64,000 bases of DNA from Eremomyces bilateralis CBS 781.70 (Eukaryota), in NCBI GenBank assembly GCA_010015585.1, contig ML975154.1; one strand, given 5' to 3'. Positions within the stretch are counted from its first letter, which is position 1, and each line of letters opens with the position of its first letter. Shown piece by piece: positions 11,660-25,109 of the stretch. A program made the translations under genes and the position numbers. Under the pieces are notes generated by a model. That model did not search any database. It had not been told where the DNA came from and saw nothing but the letters and a program-made list of their open reading frames with translations.

Positions 11660-14389
11660 ATTGAGAGGACAGTCTTAAGTTCCCCTGAGGAGCGAATGTG
11701 TCCTGAAGTAGGATGGCAAACTATCCTACAGAATAAAGGGAGACGCCTCAAGACAGCACAAGCCTCAAACAAAATGGCAATACAATTGAATGGAAACACA
11801 CGAGGTAAAGACCAAAGCCATCTAGATATCCTAAGCTAACTAATACAAGGGAGATTGGATTGAATTGCAAAAATGTCGAGAAGAAGATGAAAGAACCGGA
11901 AAAGGACTGGAAACGATTTTGGAAGACTCGACAGAAATGAAGATATGGCATGGCTTTTATCTTCATCCCAATATATGACACTCAGCGAGCTCGGTGGAGG
12001 ATGTGTATTATGACATATTGGTAAACCAACATGACCCAAATCATCCTCATGATCACTCGCCCAGGCCGACGCCTACTTGTGCCCGACTGATTGTAAAGGC
12101 TTTCTCCCCCAACTCCAAATACTCTTTACCGGATGTCTACACTCATGCATTGTCCTATGAACGATATCGAAGTCAGCGCTTCACCGATGTCACTGGACCT
12201 GATGCTCCGCCTTCATCGTAGGGCACACAAGGTACCACAGTCTGGCAGTGCATGATAAGCGCAGCCCTGTGAGACGAGATGCACAACATGCTGATGAGCA
12301 GGACGGCGAGAACGCTGGGTTTGTCGGTGAAAATCGCCGCGGACAGCCGTCTCACAAGCACATTGAGCCGATGGAGGTGAGTGACTACGTGATTGAACCG
12401 AGGAATTCTAGCTTTGCTGTGTGAGGATGGGAGGAACCAAATACGGCACCACCACGCTGAGAGCCGATACAAACCGCAAAGCCGCCTGCGAGCTTATCGT
12501 CAAGTATAAGTATTACGTGAATTATCAGATATTGATGCCGTATATGAGAAGGACGTCAGATAGTAACCGACGCCTAAGGTAACACAAATCATCCTATCGT
12601 GTCACCGACCTGTATCCCGTAGAAACATGGTTGGATGTTTATCCCACAACTGACAAGATGGAGCGGTTCACCGGTCTGGTGCGATATCCGGCGCCGCGGC
12701 GCATCGGCCTCCCGACTTCGGGGCCTTCGGGCTGGCCCGTCTTCCCCGCCTTGGGTCCTATGGTACCAGACCGAACCAAGTAAGGAATACCAACATCATG
12801 ACTGCACTGCTAAACCTTGAGACAAATCGAACCCCCTCGCAACAACGAAGCGGAATAATCACCAATCGACCCTGTGATTCACGCCCCAGAAACAGCTGAC
12901 CGTTCTAATCGGTTTCCTGATATGGTGCGAGCACACGACACATGACCTTGTGTTTGACAGTATCCGACATCGCACGCACAAGGCGCAGAAACCACAGGGT
13001 TCTGTCTACCTGGACTCCTCACCGGGAACGATGGCTGACGGGCCGAGATTAATTCCAATGGAGCACTGACAGGAAGCCATCTGGATTTGATCGACAGCTG
13101 GGGATCTGAGACGGGATTTCGCAGAATGTGAGAAATGCATGCAAAAGGCATGTCATCAGTATAGTACCTTAAATGCAACTCTGGATGTTCAACACTGACC
13201 AGCCTAGTTAGTGTACACCGACCTGGTCCATGTAGAACGTTAAATTTACTCTCATCCGGTTAACAGCTCATCAACGATGCTCAGTATGCGTCCTGGAGCC
13301 ACAGTTCCACGATACCTGCGCTTCTAGCGTTCGCCGCCTCGTAAGCGACTCGGAGCCTGGCACATATATGAGCTAGCACTTTGACCTGCTCGGCCCCGAA
13401 CTGTCTTTAGCAAGAGAAATAGCACCGGCCTTAGAGGTCTCGACAACTGACGTGTACCTACCTGTAACGATATATGGAAATAAAAACCTGCCTTGAAACT
13501 CCCAGTGAGAAGCAGTGTATCCCACAAACGGCTCACCATGAGTCACGAACCTGGATCGAACCCGGTCTGGGGAAAAGCATCCGCTACCCCAGACAAATCT
13601 TTGAGCGACGTTCTGCACGAAATGATTCGGTGAGTTTATGTAGGATGGCCTGTGAACACCCATCTCCGCCCCGGACTCTCTCGGGGGTGAAGCATCAAAG
13701 AGGACCTCGGTGACCTGACTGGATTCGCCCAGTCGGGTGAATTGCAATTGGAATTTATATACCCAGTTTACAAAACTCATATCAGTGGAAATAATCTGGG
13801 TACATGGTGTTGTGTTTATAACCACTCATTTCACAGTCCACCGGTCAAAAGTACAAAAGTAGAAAAGTACCGGTAGTACTTCGGAAAAGTCCAGGGGGTT
13901 ACCCAGGGTCTCGAGACTTATAGTTTTGCTCTTTTTCTGGACATTACCATACCTCATCTCGTTCTCTTTTGCTCTTCGGTACTCTTTTGACGCAATTCAA
14001 GCGGAGGTAGGCCTGGAAAGGTGTCACAAAGACTATTCAGGGCCTCGCGTGGTCGCGGGTTCGAGTCTGAGCATGCCTATTCACACTTCACCACGGCACC
14101 GTCCAGTTACACAGGTCTCCTCCTATTTTCGGCATCGAAGTCTTTGTTCCGAACACGTTGTATTCGGATATGACGCCATCGACGCCGGACACTAGATGCG
14201 TTGTAGATGCTACCGGTAAACGTCTTGGCCAGCCGGCCCTCGCGCCGGATTGTAGTAAACAGGGGGATCGGACATTCGCTGGCCCGGTAGTCAACAGGAC
14301 GAGATCCAACCCAGCGTAAATATCATACAAAATTTCGTCTAAGCAGCTCGTTGCCCCGATCAAATAAAATCAAACGCCGAGATATGCAT

Positions 14390-15338
14390 CTATTTGTTCC
14401 TCCATAGGAACGTGTCTAACGAATCCCAGTGGTCCGAGTCCACGTAGCTGCACACTAGTTAGCAACGCCGTAGATCTCGCAGGGAGAGTCTGGGGAAATA
14501 CGCACATATACTGCATCGAGCTTCGCAAACTCGACTGCACCGTCTCCGGATGCCACCGGAAAACATACATCACAAACGCCCAACTCAAACTCGCAAACGC
14601 CGGCCACGCATTCTCCTTCACCCACTTCCTCTTCCCCTCATCCTTCACCAACCCCCACCCGCCCCGCCCCCCAGTCGCCAGCGTCTTCGGCCCGCCCGCC
14701 GGCTTGATCAGGAGCTTCGCGCTCGCCAGCATGACGCGGGCGAACACGTAGATGACGATCTGCTGGGAGACAGAGGACTGGTCGCCGCGACCGAAGACGG
14801 TGTAGCCGCCGATGAGGCCGGCCATGAAGGTGTCGAAGCGGCCTTCTTGGCCGCGGACGGAGCGGAAGAGGATCATGCAGAGTTTCCAGACAAGGGCGAA
14901 GAGGCCAAGATTGCGGGCGTGTTGGCGGGTGGCTTTGAGGACGAGGAGGAGGCGGTGACGGAGGCTGTCGGGGGTTAGCTTGGATGTTCTTTGGGATCCG
15001 GAGGGTTGCTGGGAGGTGTTGGGGATGGGGTGGACTTACGAGCCCTGTCGGAAGAGTAACATGATACTATTCGGGAAATTTGGTCAGCGCATGTCCTATC
15101 TATGCTCCTTCTATCCATACTGCGCAGTACTCACACTAAAGCATGCGGAAACCGCACTTTTGTTCCGTATATCACTCCGTTCCGGACTGCTTTCACTAGC
15201 GATAGGACATCATGATAAGCCGGATCCATCACGATCTTCGTCGCGACCGCCTGTAATATCGCCATCAGCACCATCCACGGCCATATTTCCCTTCTCTCGT
15301 TTCCATGTACATACCTCTAACCTCTTAACAGCCTCCAT
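14390..15338 (-). CDS. PXMP4: Peroxisomal membrane protein 4 (PXMP4/PMP24, Tim17 family), multi-exon
   Basis: Exons MEAVKRLE | DPAYHDVLSLVKAVRNGVIYGTKVRFPHALV | ...ATRQHARNLGLFALV...FMAGLIGGYTVFG...QQIVIYVFARV...QSSLRSSMQY | VDSDHWDSLDTFLWRNK*. Confidence 0.88.
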
Positions 15339-16032
15339 CGTCACGAACGCCCTTCTCGTTGACACCTCTTCGCGCAAACGATACCGTCTCGAGTGGACCG
15401 AGGAATGACGTCTGCGGCACCGCTACCGCTGGGCAACACCGAGATATATCTACCGCCAGGAAGGAGCTCGTCGGATCGCACACGTTGCACCGGACTGCAT
15501 GGAAATAAACCGGCTGGAATAGGATCAACAGTCGTTTCGAAAATTGTATATGGGTTGCAAGGTCATAGGGAAAGGTTTTGGAGCGGCGAATCTAATCGAC
15601 GGTCAAATCCTGGATCTTCGGCAACTAGAATCTGGGGTTGTCACGGTCGGTGGTGAGGCGCCGAATGGTCCCGAGGCTGTTTGTCACATGCGAGGTGAGG
15701 GATGGGCGAACGGAGGGCGGGGTTTCGAATTAGGCAATGTGTTTATCATCCTGTGCTTCAGCTCATCTGGACTTCGGATTCGATAATAATTTCCATGGTA
15801 GATTTAGGGGATTGTTCCACATGTGATTGTATATTTCAGCCACTATTCATCGTGGTTACCGGTATTGTTTGACGACATTGTGCAAGATCTTATCTCTATT
15901 ATTGTGCCGCCACACCGTAGTGCAGTATCCCTAAAACGCCCGATATCAACGTCCATGTTGGACTCCCAAGAAATCCCCTCATGCATCCAAAACCTCATCA
16001 CTGATATGTCCATGCAAATCCTCGCCAACCGT

Positions 16033-17111
16033 CTAGAACTCTATTATGTCGGCTTTTGAAGGAAAGCGCCGCGTCAATGCATCATGGATATAGAAAATAA
16101 TCGCCGACCCGGGAGCCGACCGCATCACCGTCAGCCCGCACCCTCGATACAACCCCTTCAACCCCTCCGCTTTCCAGAGCGCCTTCCCCACCGATGAGAA
16201 GGTCCTCCGCTGCCCCGGTAGCAGCGCGGTGAGATCCCCCGTCTGCATGCAGGACTTGATCGTGTCCGCTGGGTAGAAGATGAAATTGTAGCTCATCCCC
16301 GCCGCCGCGCCGGCCATCAGCTGCTGGTGGACCGGCAGCGCAGATCTCGGATCGGTGTTCCCGTTGTATTTCCGGAACCACATCGACACGCCTTCTTGGG
16401 CGCCGAACCACGCGGCCGAACCGCCGGTTTCTCGTAGTAGGGTACCTAGTTGGCCGTTCCAGAAGCCGAAGACGCCTTGGGATCGGTAGACGGTGGAGAT
16501 GGTGGTCAAGACTCCGGGGAGGCGGGTGGTCTTGGAGCTTTTGTCGCTGGGCATTTGCATTCGGCATTTTACCAGCTCGATCGGTGTGAGGAGTAAGGAG
16601 GTGAAGGCGCCGGATATGGCACCGCATGTTGCTTTCGTCGAGAGGGTGAGCTCGTCTTTCGTGGTGTTGTGGATGTAGGATGCGAAGAAGGTTTGTGCGA
16701 GATCGTACTGTGAACAATGAGTTAGCTGAGTAGAACACGCCTGTAATATCCGGGATTGCATACACTGAAGAACAAGCTGCTGTTTTCCACAGCTGCCCCA
16801 ACCATCGGAGCAGTCAACCCCCGATACAGACTGAGAAACCCATCTCGCCGAATTGACTGCTGAAAGCAATCCAACGGGCCTTTGTACTGTGGAGGCAGCG
16901 TATCCGGCTGTGCTTGCAATCGAACTTTCACCGTATCAAAAGGATATTCGAAGAGCTTCGCACACATCCCCGCTATCGATCCAAAGACGATCTCCTTCGT
17001 AGCCTTCTCGCTTCTCCCCGTCCAAGCCTTGTGTGTCATCGCATCGGTTGCCAGGGTGGGTTGGCCATGATGGGCACCCTCAGTCGAGACCTTGGTCCCG
17101 GAGTAACTCAT
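16033..17111 (-). CDS. ORT1: Mitochondrial carrier, ornithine/basic amino acid transporter (ORT1/arg-13 type)
   Basis: Three MCF signatures [20 protein letters not shown] and [10 protein letters not shown], plus [10 protein letters not shown] and [13 protein letters not shown] typical of ornithine carriers. One intron near 16.76-16.71 kb. Confidence 0.85.
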
Positions 17112-17743
17112 CAACGTAGGTAATACACTCCAGAGACTGGAGGAGGATATCGTGTATGTCAGGAAGAAAATTGGCTCATCGTTAAACAGGTCGAAGGGGA
17201 TGGGGAGAGGGGGGGGAGTGGACGGTCGAGGGGGAGATTCGGAGGATTCACCGCTCCTTATCAGATCAAAAATCCGAGGGGCAGAGAATCTTTCCTGTTA
17301 TCACTACGGAGCCGGCGGCGGATCTAGCCAAGCGAACGTTTCGTGCATGTGGGAGTGGATCCAAAACACGCGTGTTGTGGCGGTTTGATTTGCAGACGAG
17401 AATAAGACCGACGACGGGGGCGTGGCAGGACGGAGGGGTGCAGAAATTAGCTGGAAAAATTGGGTGGGTTGGGCAATTGGAAGAGGAACCCCATGACGGA
17501 AGCGGGCATATTCGCGTTGATATTGCAAGGGTAAGATCAGATTATTCGGAGCATATCCCTTCCGACTCGCTCCAGACCTGCGAGATCGGAATCTTGGTAG
17601 TGTTTCCATCGAATAACCAAACAAAGAGATCAAGCTGGCTTTTAAGACAGACATAATCCATAGCTCAATTCCTACGACGACATCGGACGCGCTATTTTTG
17701 ACGTGAATCACTAAGCCCGCATTGCATTAATCACGCATGCACG

Positions 17744-18707
17744 ATGGCGGAAGAGGAGGACGACTACATGACCATGTTGGTTGAAGATCCGACGGTCAAG
17801 CCCAAGGAGACCTCGATCCAGCGACGCGCCAGGAAGCAAAAAGAGGTATGTCAACCTGCGTGCATAATCAGCTACCCCCGCTCACCAGCTAAAGGGAACC
17901 TAGTCCGAGCAAAAAGGCCGCACGAAATCCAAGAAAGAACTCGAGGCTGAAGCCGAAGCCGCCCGCGATGCAGCGCTCAACACCGCCCTCGACCCCTCCA
18001 ACAAAGGCTTCCAGATGATGGCGAAGCTCGGCTTCAAGCCCGGGACAGCGTTGGGGAAGGCCAGCGATGCGAGGACAGAGCCGATTCAAGTGGCGTTAAA
18101 GGAGGACCGAGGCGGGATCGGGCATCTGAATGCGAGGAAGCGAAAGTTTCGTACGGAGGCGGGAGAGGAGAATCTGGCGAAGCTGGCGAAGATGGATCCG
18201 GAGGCGTATCGGGAGCGGATCAGACTGGAGCGGGAGCAGAAGCGGTTCGAGGGCCAGCTGCATGCGGCGCAAAAGGTCGCGGAGCAGTTTGCGGAGTCGG
18301 AAGAGGAAGCAGAGAGAGCAACGGGGGCTACGAACGCTGAGTCAAAGCCTTTAACGTCGATCAACGTTCTTTGGCGCGGGCTCGTCCGCGACAGGTTAGA
18401 GAAGGAGCGCGAAAAGCAGTTGAGGTTGGAGATGCAGGCGAGAACGCTTGACGATCCGGAACACGACTCGGATGAGGAGGATTTGGGTCCTGGCAAGGGT
18501 CCCTCGGAGGAGGCTATAACATTCCAGGAGCTAGATGAGGAGGACCCAGAATTGAATGATTTCGAAGCCATGACGGTGGATGAGCAGTTGGAGAAGGTGG
18601 TGGAGCATTTGAGAAAAGAGAGGCAGTATTGCTTCTACTGTAAATATCAATATCCGGACCCCGAGATGGATGGGTGTCCAGGACTGACTGAGGAGGACCA
18701 CGACTGA
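17744..18707 (+). CDS. G-patch domain protein (GPATCH11/CCDC75-like) with C-terminal Cys-containing domain
   Basis: MAEEEDDYM start; G-patch NKGFQMMAKLGFKPGTALGK...KEDRGGIG; C-terminal HLRKERQYCFYCKYQY...CPGLTEEDHD. One intron after about 17845. Confidence 0.85.
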
Positions 18708-18938
18708 GAATAAAATCCACTTCAAGTCATCTTAATACGTAACCACAGGCAATGTACAAGAGAAATATCCCGTTTGATAATTGAATCGGAAATCGTCCTT
18801 GCCCTCACATGAAATCAATGTATCTGGCGTAGACAACCATCCTTGCCTTCTGATTGGTTCACCGTCACCGATATCTCGACGTCGAACTTTCTCTCCCTTG
18901 ACCTCCTTTTCAGACAGATACCCTTTGTCAGTCATCGA

Positions 18939-18954
18939 ACGCGTTTCTACGCGT
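18939..18954 (+). promoter_or_regulatory. Tandem MCB elements (ACGCGT x2) upstream of ORC3
   Basis: ACGCGT at 18939-18944 and 18949-18954, directly before the ATG at 18965. Confidence 0.55.
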
Positions 18955-18964
18955 CATATCATCC

Positions 18965-21237
18965 ATGGAGCACGAGAAAGTCTACCTCTTCCAAGGAGAG
19001 CACGCAGCAGACGTGTCCGACGACGATGATGATGGTCTCTTGCTCGGAGACTCCATCCCGCTTCGCGAGCAAGCCTTCCAGGAATGCTGGCAGAAGTATC
19101 AAAGATGCATTGACGTCGGTAACAGCGTTCGGTCTTTTTTTATCTGCATACTAACGTTGTTCAGACCATCTTGGAGAACAAGAATCAATCCGTCTTAGAC
19201 GACGTCATATCCTTCGTCTCCTCATCCCTGGAAGAATCAGCGACGGACCAAATTCCCGCCGCGTTCGTGGTAGCAGGAGCGGGTGTCTCTTCCCAGAAAC
19301 AGTTCTTTAAGAGTTTGTCGGATCAGCTATCTCACCCAAAGAGCTATCATCTCGTCTCCGTGTCCGCCGGCAGTAGCCCGAACCTCAAGGCGTTCTTGAA
19401 ACGGATTATCACCGACGTCACCTCCAGTGCGGACGATTATGCCAATGGGGACGAGGTTGAGGTCTTCTCCGGACGAGATGTTTCCCTTTTAAACTATGAT
19501 TTGCGGATCATGCATGATTGGGCGAAGCGGAATGAGAAAGAATGCATCCTGGTGGCGTTTGAGGACAGCGAGGCGTTCGATTCTTCGCTATTATCCGATA
19601 TCATTGATCTCTTCAGGTATATTATATTGTGGGAGCACTTAAGTCAAAACTTACGCAATGTAGCTCGTGGTCTGATAGACAATCCTTCGCAATCCTCTTC
19701 GGCATCGCGACGACTGCCGAGAGCTTCTGTGACAAACTCCCTTTCTCCGCAACGCAGGCTCTAGACGCTCGAGTGTTCGAGCTCATCAAGCCTCAAGCCC
19801 TAATCGAAGAGTTTGTTGGAGCTATCATTGATCGAGATGATATTTTACCAAAGCTAGGGCCGGGAGTGTTGGGAACGTTAGTTAGCTGGCAAGCACAGCA
19901 TACCTTCAGCATCCAGATTATCTTCGATGCGTTCAGGGTAAGATCAGACCCTGGCTTTGTGGATGAGAACTAACAATAAGGAAATAGTTCTCCTGCTTGT
20001 CGCACTTCATGGCAAACCCCTTGAGCGCCCTGTGTAGAGCAGATCTAACCCCCTCCGACCTCTCGAAGGATCATTTCGATGCGTTGCGCAATGTTTCCTC
20101 TTTTCGAAGGTATGTGGCTAAGCCCTATCTAGCTGAAGAAATTCTAACGATCTAGGCTTGTCGAAGCCTTGCTAGAACAACGAGAAGTCTTGCCCGCGAA
20201 GGCCCTCCTCAAATCAAATACGACGTTGTTCGAGCACGCTCGTGAAGGGGTGAAGGAAAGTTGCTATGCGCTATCTCAAATTGGTCTTGCGACGAAAGCC
20301 ATATTCTCCCTTCAAACTTGTCTCAACAAGTCTCACCATCGAACTCTATCATCTTTGTACATCGATGCTCTGGGCAGCGACTTCGCCAGTTCACCCTTCG
20401 TGAGGGAACTACTGTTGACCATCAAGAAGTTGTCATCAAGCGCTGCAATGCCAGTCTTGGAGAGCGTCTCTGTGATAATCGCGCAGATGGAGGACGAAGG
20501 CCTCCAAACTGCGCACGAATCCCTTCTCACGTTCGTCACGGATGCCAGCGGATCTTCCAAGCCGCTGCGGAGCGAGTTTAGCATTACCGGTGAGACACTC
20601 AGGATCTCCGTCGTTTCACGACGAGCGGGTATACATTCGCAAAAGTCGACGTTGTCGGATGAAGAGTCGAATTATTCCAAACTTCTGCTGGCTTTCCACA
20701 ACGCCGTGCACCAGTACCTTGAAAGTGTTTTCGTTGACCCCAAATTACTCTCCTTTGCGGAGGTTATCATGTTCGACTATCGTGCCATGCACCGGGCAGC
20801 TTTCATGCCTCGAACAAGGCAGGTCATCGATCGAGCGCTGGCGTCGCCGTATGACTATCTGAATTGCGAGTGTTGTCAAGATACGCAGGTAGGTACCTTT
20901 GGGTCTATTGTATCGACAATGGTTAACCCCCTACAGACAGCATTGAGTTCAACTCAACCTGACACCTCGATCTTGTATCGACTGTGCCTCGAGTCAGGGC
21001 AACTAATTAACATGGCAGATTTACTCTCTGCATTTGAGAACGTCAAGGGCGACAATGAAGGAGATGACAAAGATACAAGGTATGTCCAGGACTGCCTCAC
21101 CACCTACACGGTGTTGCTAACGGACTCGAAGCGCGTCATTTCAACAGGCCCTAGCAGAGCTCCTGTACCTGGGCATTGTCAAAGGCACACGTAAACGAGT
21201 GGACCACATCGCACGGGGAGTTTGGAACGGGCTTTGA
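18965..21237 (+). CDS. ORC3: Origin recognition complex subunit 3, multi-exon
   Basis: MEHEKVYLF; SPNLKAFLKRII; LLNYDLRIMHDW; VAFEDSEAFDSSLLSDII; ILFGIAT; AFMPRTRQVIDRALASPYDYLNCECC; QPDTSILYRLCLESGQLINMADL; FQQALAELLYLGIVKGTRKRVDHI. Confidence 0.88.
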
Positions 21238-21292
21238 GCACGCAGCATCGTGCCAATGTCCTAGTCGAACAGATCTTTCTTCCCAAGCCGGC

Positions 21293-22044
21293 TCACTCCA
21301 CCTTCGGCACCTGTCTCGGCGTCAGATCACATAGCTCCCCGCAATTCCCACACGTCCTCGCCTCCGTATCCTGCGCAAAATCATTAATTGCATCCTTCAA
21401 CTGCGTCCCTAGATCCACGCAATGGAACGCTTTCTCATGCACCCGCTCCCCGCAGCCCTGACAATACCAGCGCAGCCGGTCGATCGATTCCGCGGGCCGC
21501 TTCTGCTCGATCACAATCCCCACCGTGTCGGCGAAGCGGACAGGATTGTGCGGCACGTGGGGCGGCAGCAGGAACATGTCGCCTTCGCGGATGGGGATGT
21601 CGCGGAACTGGCCGTCGTCAACGGTGCGGAGGAGCATGTCGCCCTTGTACTGGTAGAACCATTCCGGGGTTTCGTTGACGTGGTAGTCGGAACGAGCGTT
21701 GGGCCCTCCGATAATCTGAGGGCGAGATAGGGTTAACGCCTCCGCTCGGGAATGGGCCGGGTGGGATCGACCTACCATGACGGTGATGTGCTCGTCATAT
21801 ACGCAATAGTTATTTACAGGGGGTTTCAGCAGGTTCGAGTTTTCTTTCAACCTGTGCGTTGTTAGGAGTCTCATCGCATAACAAGAAAGAGGTTCGGCCA
21901 CCATTTCGGGATGTTCATTGGGGGCGCTAACGATGCTCGTGGCTCACTGGAGGCGAACCATCTTCGTGATAGGTTCGAGCACACTATAGCTGGGCTCGAC
22001 GGCTTCCTGACCCTCGATGATAATAGTAGAGCAGCCCTTTGCAT
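21293..22044 (-). CDS. BNA1: 3-hydroxyanthranilate 3,4-dioxygenase (kynurenine pathway), 2 introns; start 22044 or an internal Met
   Basis: PPMNIPKW|LKENSNLLKPPVNN; GGPNARSDYHVNETPEWFYQYKG; MFLLPPHVPHNPVRF; rubredoxin-like WYCQGC and RTCGNCG. Confidence 0.93.
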
Positions 22045-23329
22045 TCTTCGGTTCAAATGTTATCAAATATAAGCCGACCAAATTCTCATTAAACTTTAGA
22101 TGATGGTATCAAGTGTGAGTCGATGGGCCTGAACAGAGTAGCTCCAGCTATGTCCACTTGGTCGTCGCGACAGCAGGGCTGAGATCAACAGGGGTTTGGC
22201 TTGGCAAACACCTTCAAATATCATCCAACGCGCCACTTCAATAAAATAATTAACTTAGCTAAGTTCGTTATTAGTTACTGTTTGTCGGAAATCCGCGGCT
22301 ATTACTTAGTCACCGCACCTTGTAGATTACATAAGATTACATAAGTCTGGGTATATATACCCGTCACGGTAAACTATGTACTTCTGTCGCACGTGACGTG
22401 CTAAGTGGTTGGAAGGCAAAATAGTTTGATGAGCAAGCAGCAGAGTTGTATTGTTTTAAGTTCTAGGTATCTGAAAATTGCGTTCAAGTTGCGTGTTCTT
22501 ATGTCAATGCCTGGTCCCCTGACCCTCCAGATATATGAGATTCGTGGCAAGTTTATGAATGCAGTTTGTAGCCTCGAGTCCCTTAGATGAAACCTTGGTC
22601 TGCGACAACTTCTGACCGAATACAAGCATCTCACTACCTCTGACAGGTTACCAATTGTTTCCGTGATTGATTGACACGCCAAAACGATCAACACAAGACA
22701 ACAGCTTCGAAGGAAGATAGGAGACGCTTTCAACAGTATCACCGGAATATTTGGAGGGGGGCCTTAGGACCAAAGAAGAACCAAGGGATGGACAGTTGAC
22801 AGCGATGTCCTAGACGCAGTGCTTGACTTTCCGGAAGCATCTAAGAGATTCACATCAAGGGCTCCAAAACGGCCTCAAATCAGGGGTCGCAGACAAGGTG
22901 ATCACAGTAGGCCTTAACGAGGCAAAAACTTCATGTATGAAGCGGTACAGTGTAAATGTAAATTAGCTTAGAAAGGGTAGACCTCAGTGGTGGTAGCCTG
23001 CGTATCCCACGTGAGAGGTCAGGGCATCCATAAATGAATCAACATCAACAACGACTGTACCTAACCGTTTGCGCCACAATACCTCAATCTTTGTACCCTA
23101 GGTCGTTGTTTTTGGAAGGAATGGGAGTTCTTCTATGTATATCGTCATGTTCATCATATAGCACACTGCTTGGCGGATCGTATTCTTGGCTTCCACATTT
23201 GTGCAAACCGTACTTTGTGGTCAGTTTGCTCAAAGTTACGGCTGTCCAGACTTATCGGAAGTCCGGGGAGCATGTAGTCTATATCCTTTCTCCTGCTACA
23301 TGCGAAACTCTCTTAGTATAGGAAGCCAG

Positions 23330-24270
23330 TCAGCCCTCTTTATCGTATAATGAGTTCAAGCCAATCCGGTTTCCGAGAGCGAACGGGGGAATTCAGTCAC
23401 CACTCCGAGTACAAACCCAACGACGAATACAACAACCACTCGAAAGTCGGGACCATCCGACCGTAATTTTCAACAGAGTCTCATCGACGGCGGTATTTAT
23501 TTCCATGTATACGAGTATCCGGATGAGCGAATTCCAGCGAAGCCAAACAACTGGGAAGAGATCAATCAACGATTGGCACAACGTCGACCCTCTCTTTCTC
23601 CCTTTGCTTTTACCGACGAGGCGCATGGCAGGTTTGTACGAGCTGACGCCCACGCCGCAAAAGAGAAACAAGTATCGGAATCAGGGATTCCAATTATTGA
23701 AGGCGAGATCGAGGACGCCAGATGCCGATCGGGAGGAATCCCGTTCACCAATCTCGATTATCTGACGGATGACGCGATTGTGCCGGGAAACCCAGACATC
23801 TACTATGGGGCGCGCCCGGAACAGCTCAACCGTCAGGTCCGCGATGGACTCGGTGGCCATATTGTCCCATCTACGCAACATGATCTCCCCATATTGCCTA
23901 ACTTTATGTTAGAGGCCAAGGAATCAGGCGGATCAGCTGCTGTCGCTAAACGACAGGCCAGCCACGGTGGTGCATTTGGGGCAAGAGGCACGCAAAGTCT
24001 ACTATCATATGGACGAGATGAACGGTATATGATAACAAGGCTTATATAATCGTGTCAAATTGTTACGATGGCATGCTTAAGATGTATACTAGCCACGCTA
24101 TACGACCCAGCACCCCCGGAGGTCGTCCAGGGTACCACATGACTCAGATATATGGATAGATAATGACTGGTAGTTCGGAAACCACCTAGAAAGGAGCTAC
24201 TGAGTATAGGAATGCAAGAGGCTGGGCAAGAGAGCATATGGACGGGGTAATTCATGAAGCAAACACAAGA
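23330..24270 (+). pseudogene. Degenerate member of a fungal family with a PD-(D/E)xK-like core
   Basis: PFTNLDYLTD...GNPDIYYGARPEQL...PNFMLEAK...AVAKRQA...GARG. A frameshift near 24020 leads into YDNKAY...GMLKMYTSH...YHMTQIYG*IMTGSSETT*KGATEYRNARGWA, with TAG stops at 24157 and 24187. Confidence 0.65.
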
Positions 24271-25109
24271 GCAAGTGGAACTCAAGCCGTTATGAAAGCT
24301 GTCGATGTGAGCTTTGTAAGCGAAACCTCTATGGTAGTGTCTGACAGGCTCTACACAATCTGTCAAATGAAAAATCACCTGATTTTGGTAGGGGATAGGT
24401 CCCATCAGCAAAATGGAGGGAATTCCATCACTGAGGAAAATAGATCTAGGATGTGGGTGCGTATAGAGCGGTTTTATATATTTAGATATAGGGGTTATCA
24501 GGTAAGACGAAAGGGGGTAGTAGGTAATTAGATCCTTTTTCCTGTGACAGGTTGTCCCCTCTTGCTTCCCCAAAAGATTCCGGAACACCCTTGTAGGTGC
24601 CGGAAGCATCAAGGCCCAACCAGCACTGAATCACAGTCCATTGTTAAGAATGACCGTGTCAACAGAAAGTATGTCGGATTAATCAACGGGATGGGCCAAC
24701 CCACAGTGCCCACGGGTAACTGGTGTTTGTGAGTAATAATGGTTGGATAACCTCAGCCGTTACATGCCGTAGGGCCATCGAATGTCTTCATGTCATCGCT
24801 GTCGTTGAGCGTGCTGTGGGATCACTCTTGGGATTTTCATGATTCGCTTCCCTCGGCCACGGCGGTAGTCTTGCAATGCTACCATCACGGCGGAAGAGGC
24901 GTGGCAATAGCCTGCAGAGACTGTTGTGACCACGGGGGGACTATTTTGTGAGTCTAAGAATTTGTAACTCAGAGAAAACAGTGGCACATGGTAATACTAA
25001 TTGTCAAGAAAATGTCTAAACTGAGATTCGATTTTAGTGTGGAGGTAATGAAGACGTAGAAAATATTCCCAAAATGGATGTCAATATCCAGAAGACTGCC
25101 TAAATGCAA

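Noticed and set aside
14001..14090. tRNA-like GGTCGCGGGTTCGAGTC
   Set aside because: The T-stem does not close and no acceptor, D or anticodon stems were found, so it was not called a tRNA.
22324..22345. Tandem AGATTACATA x2 near the island edge
   Set aside because: Only two copies and no matching repeat seen at the other island boundary; not a supportable TSD.
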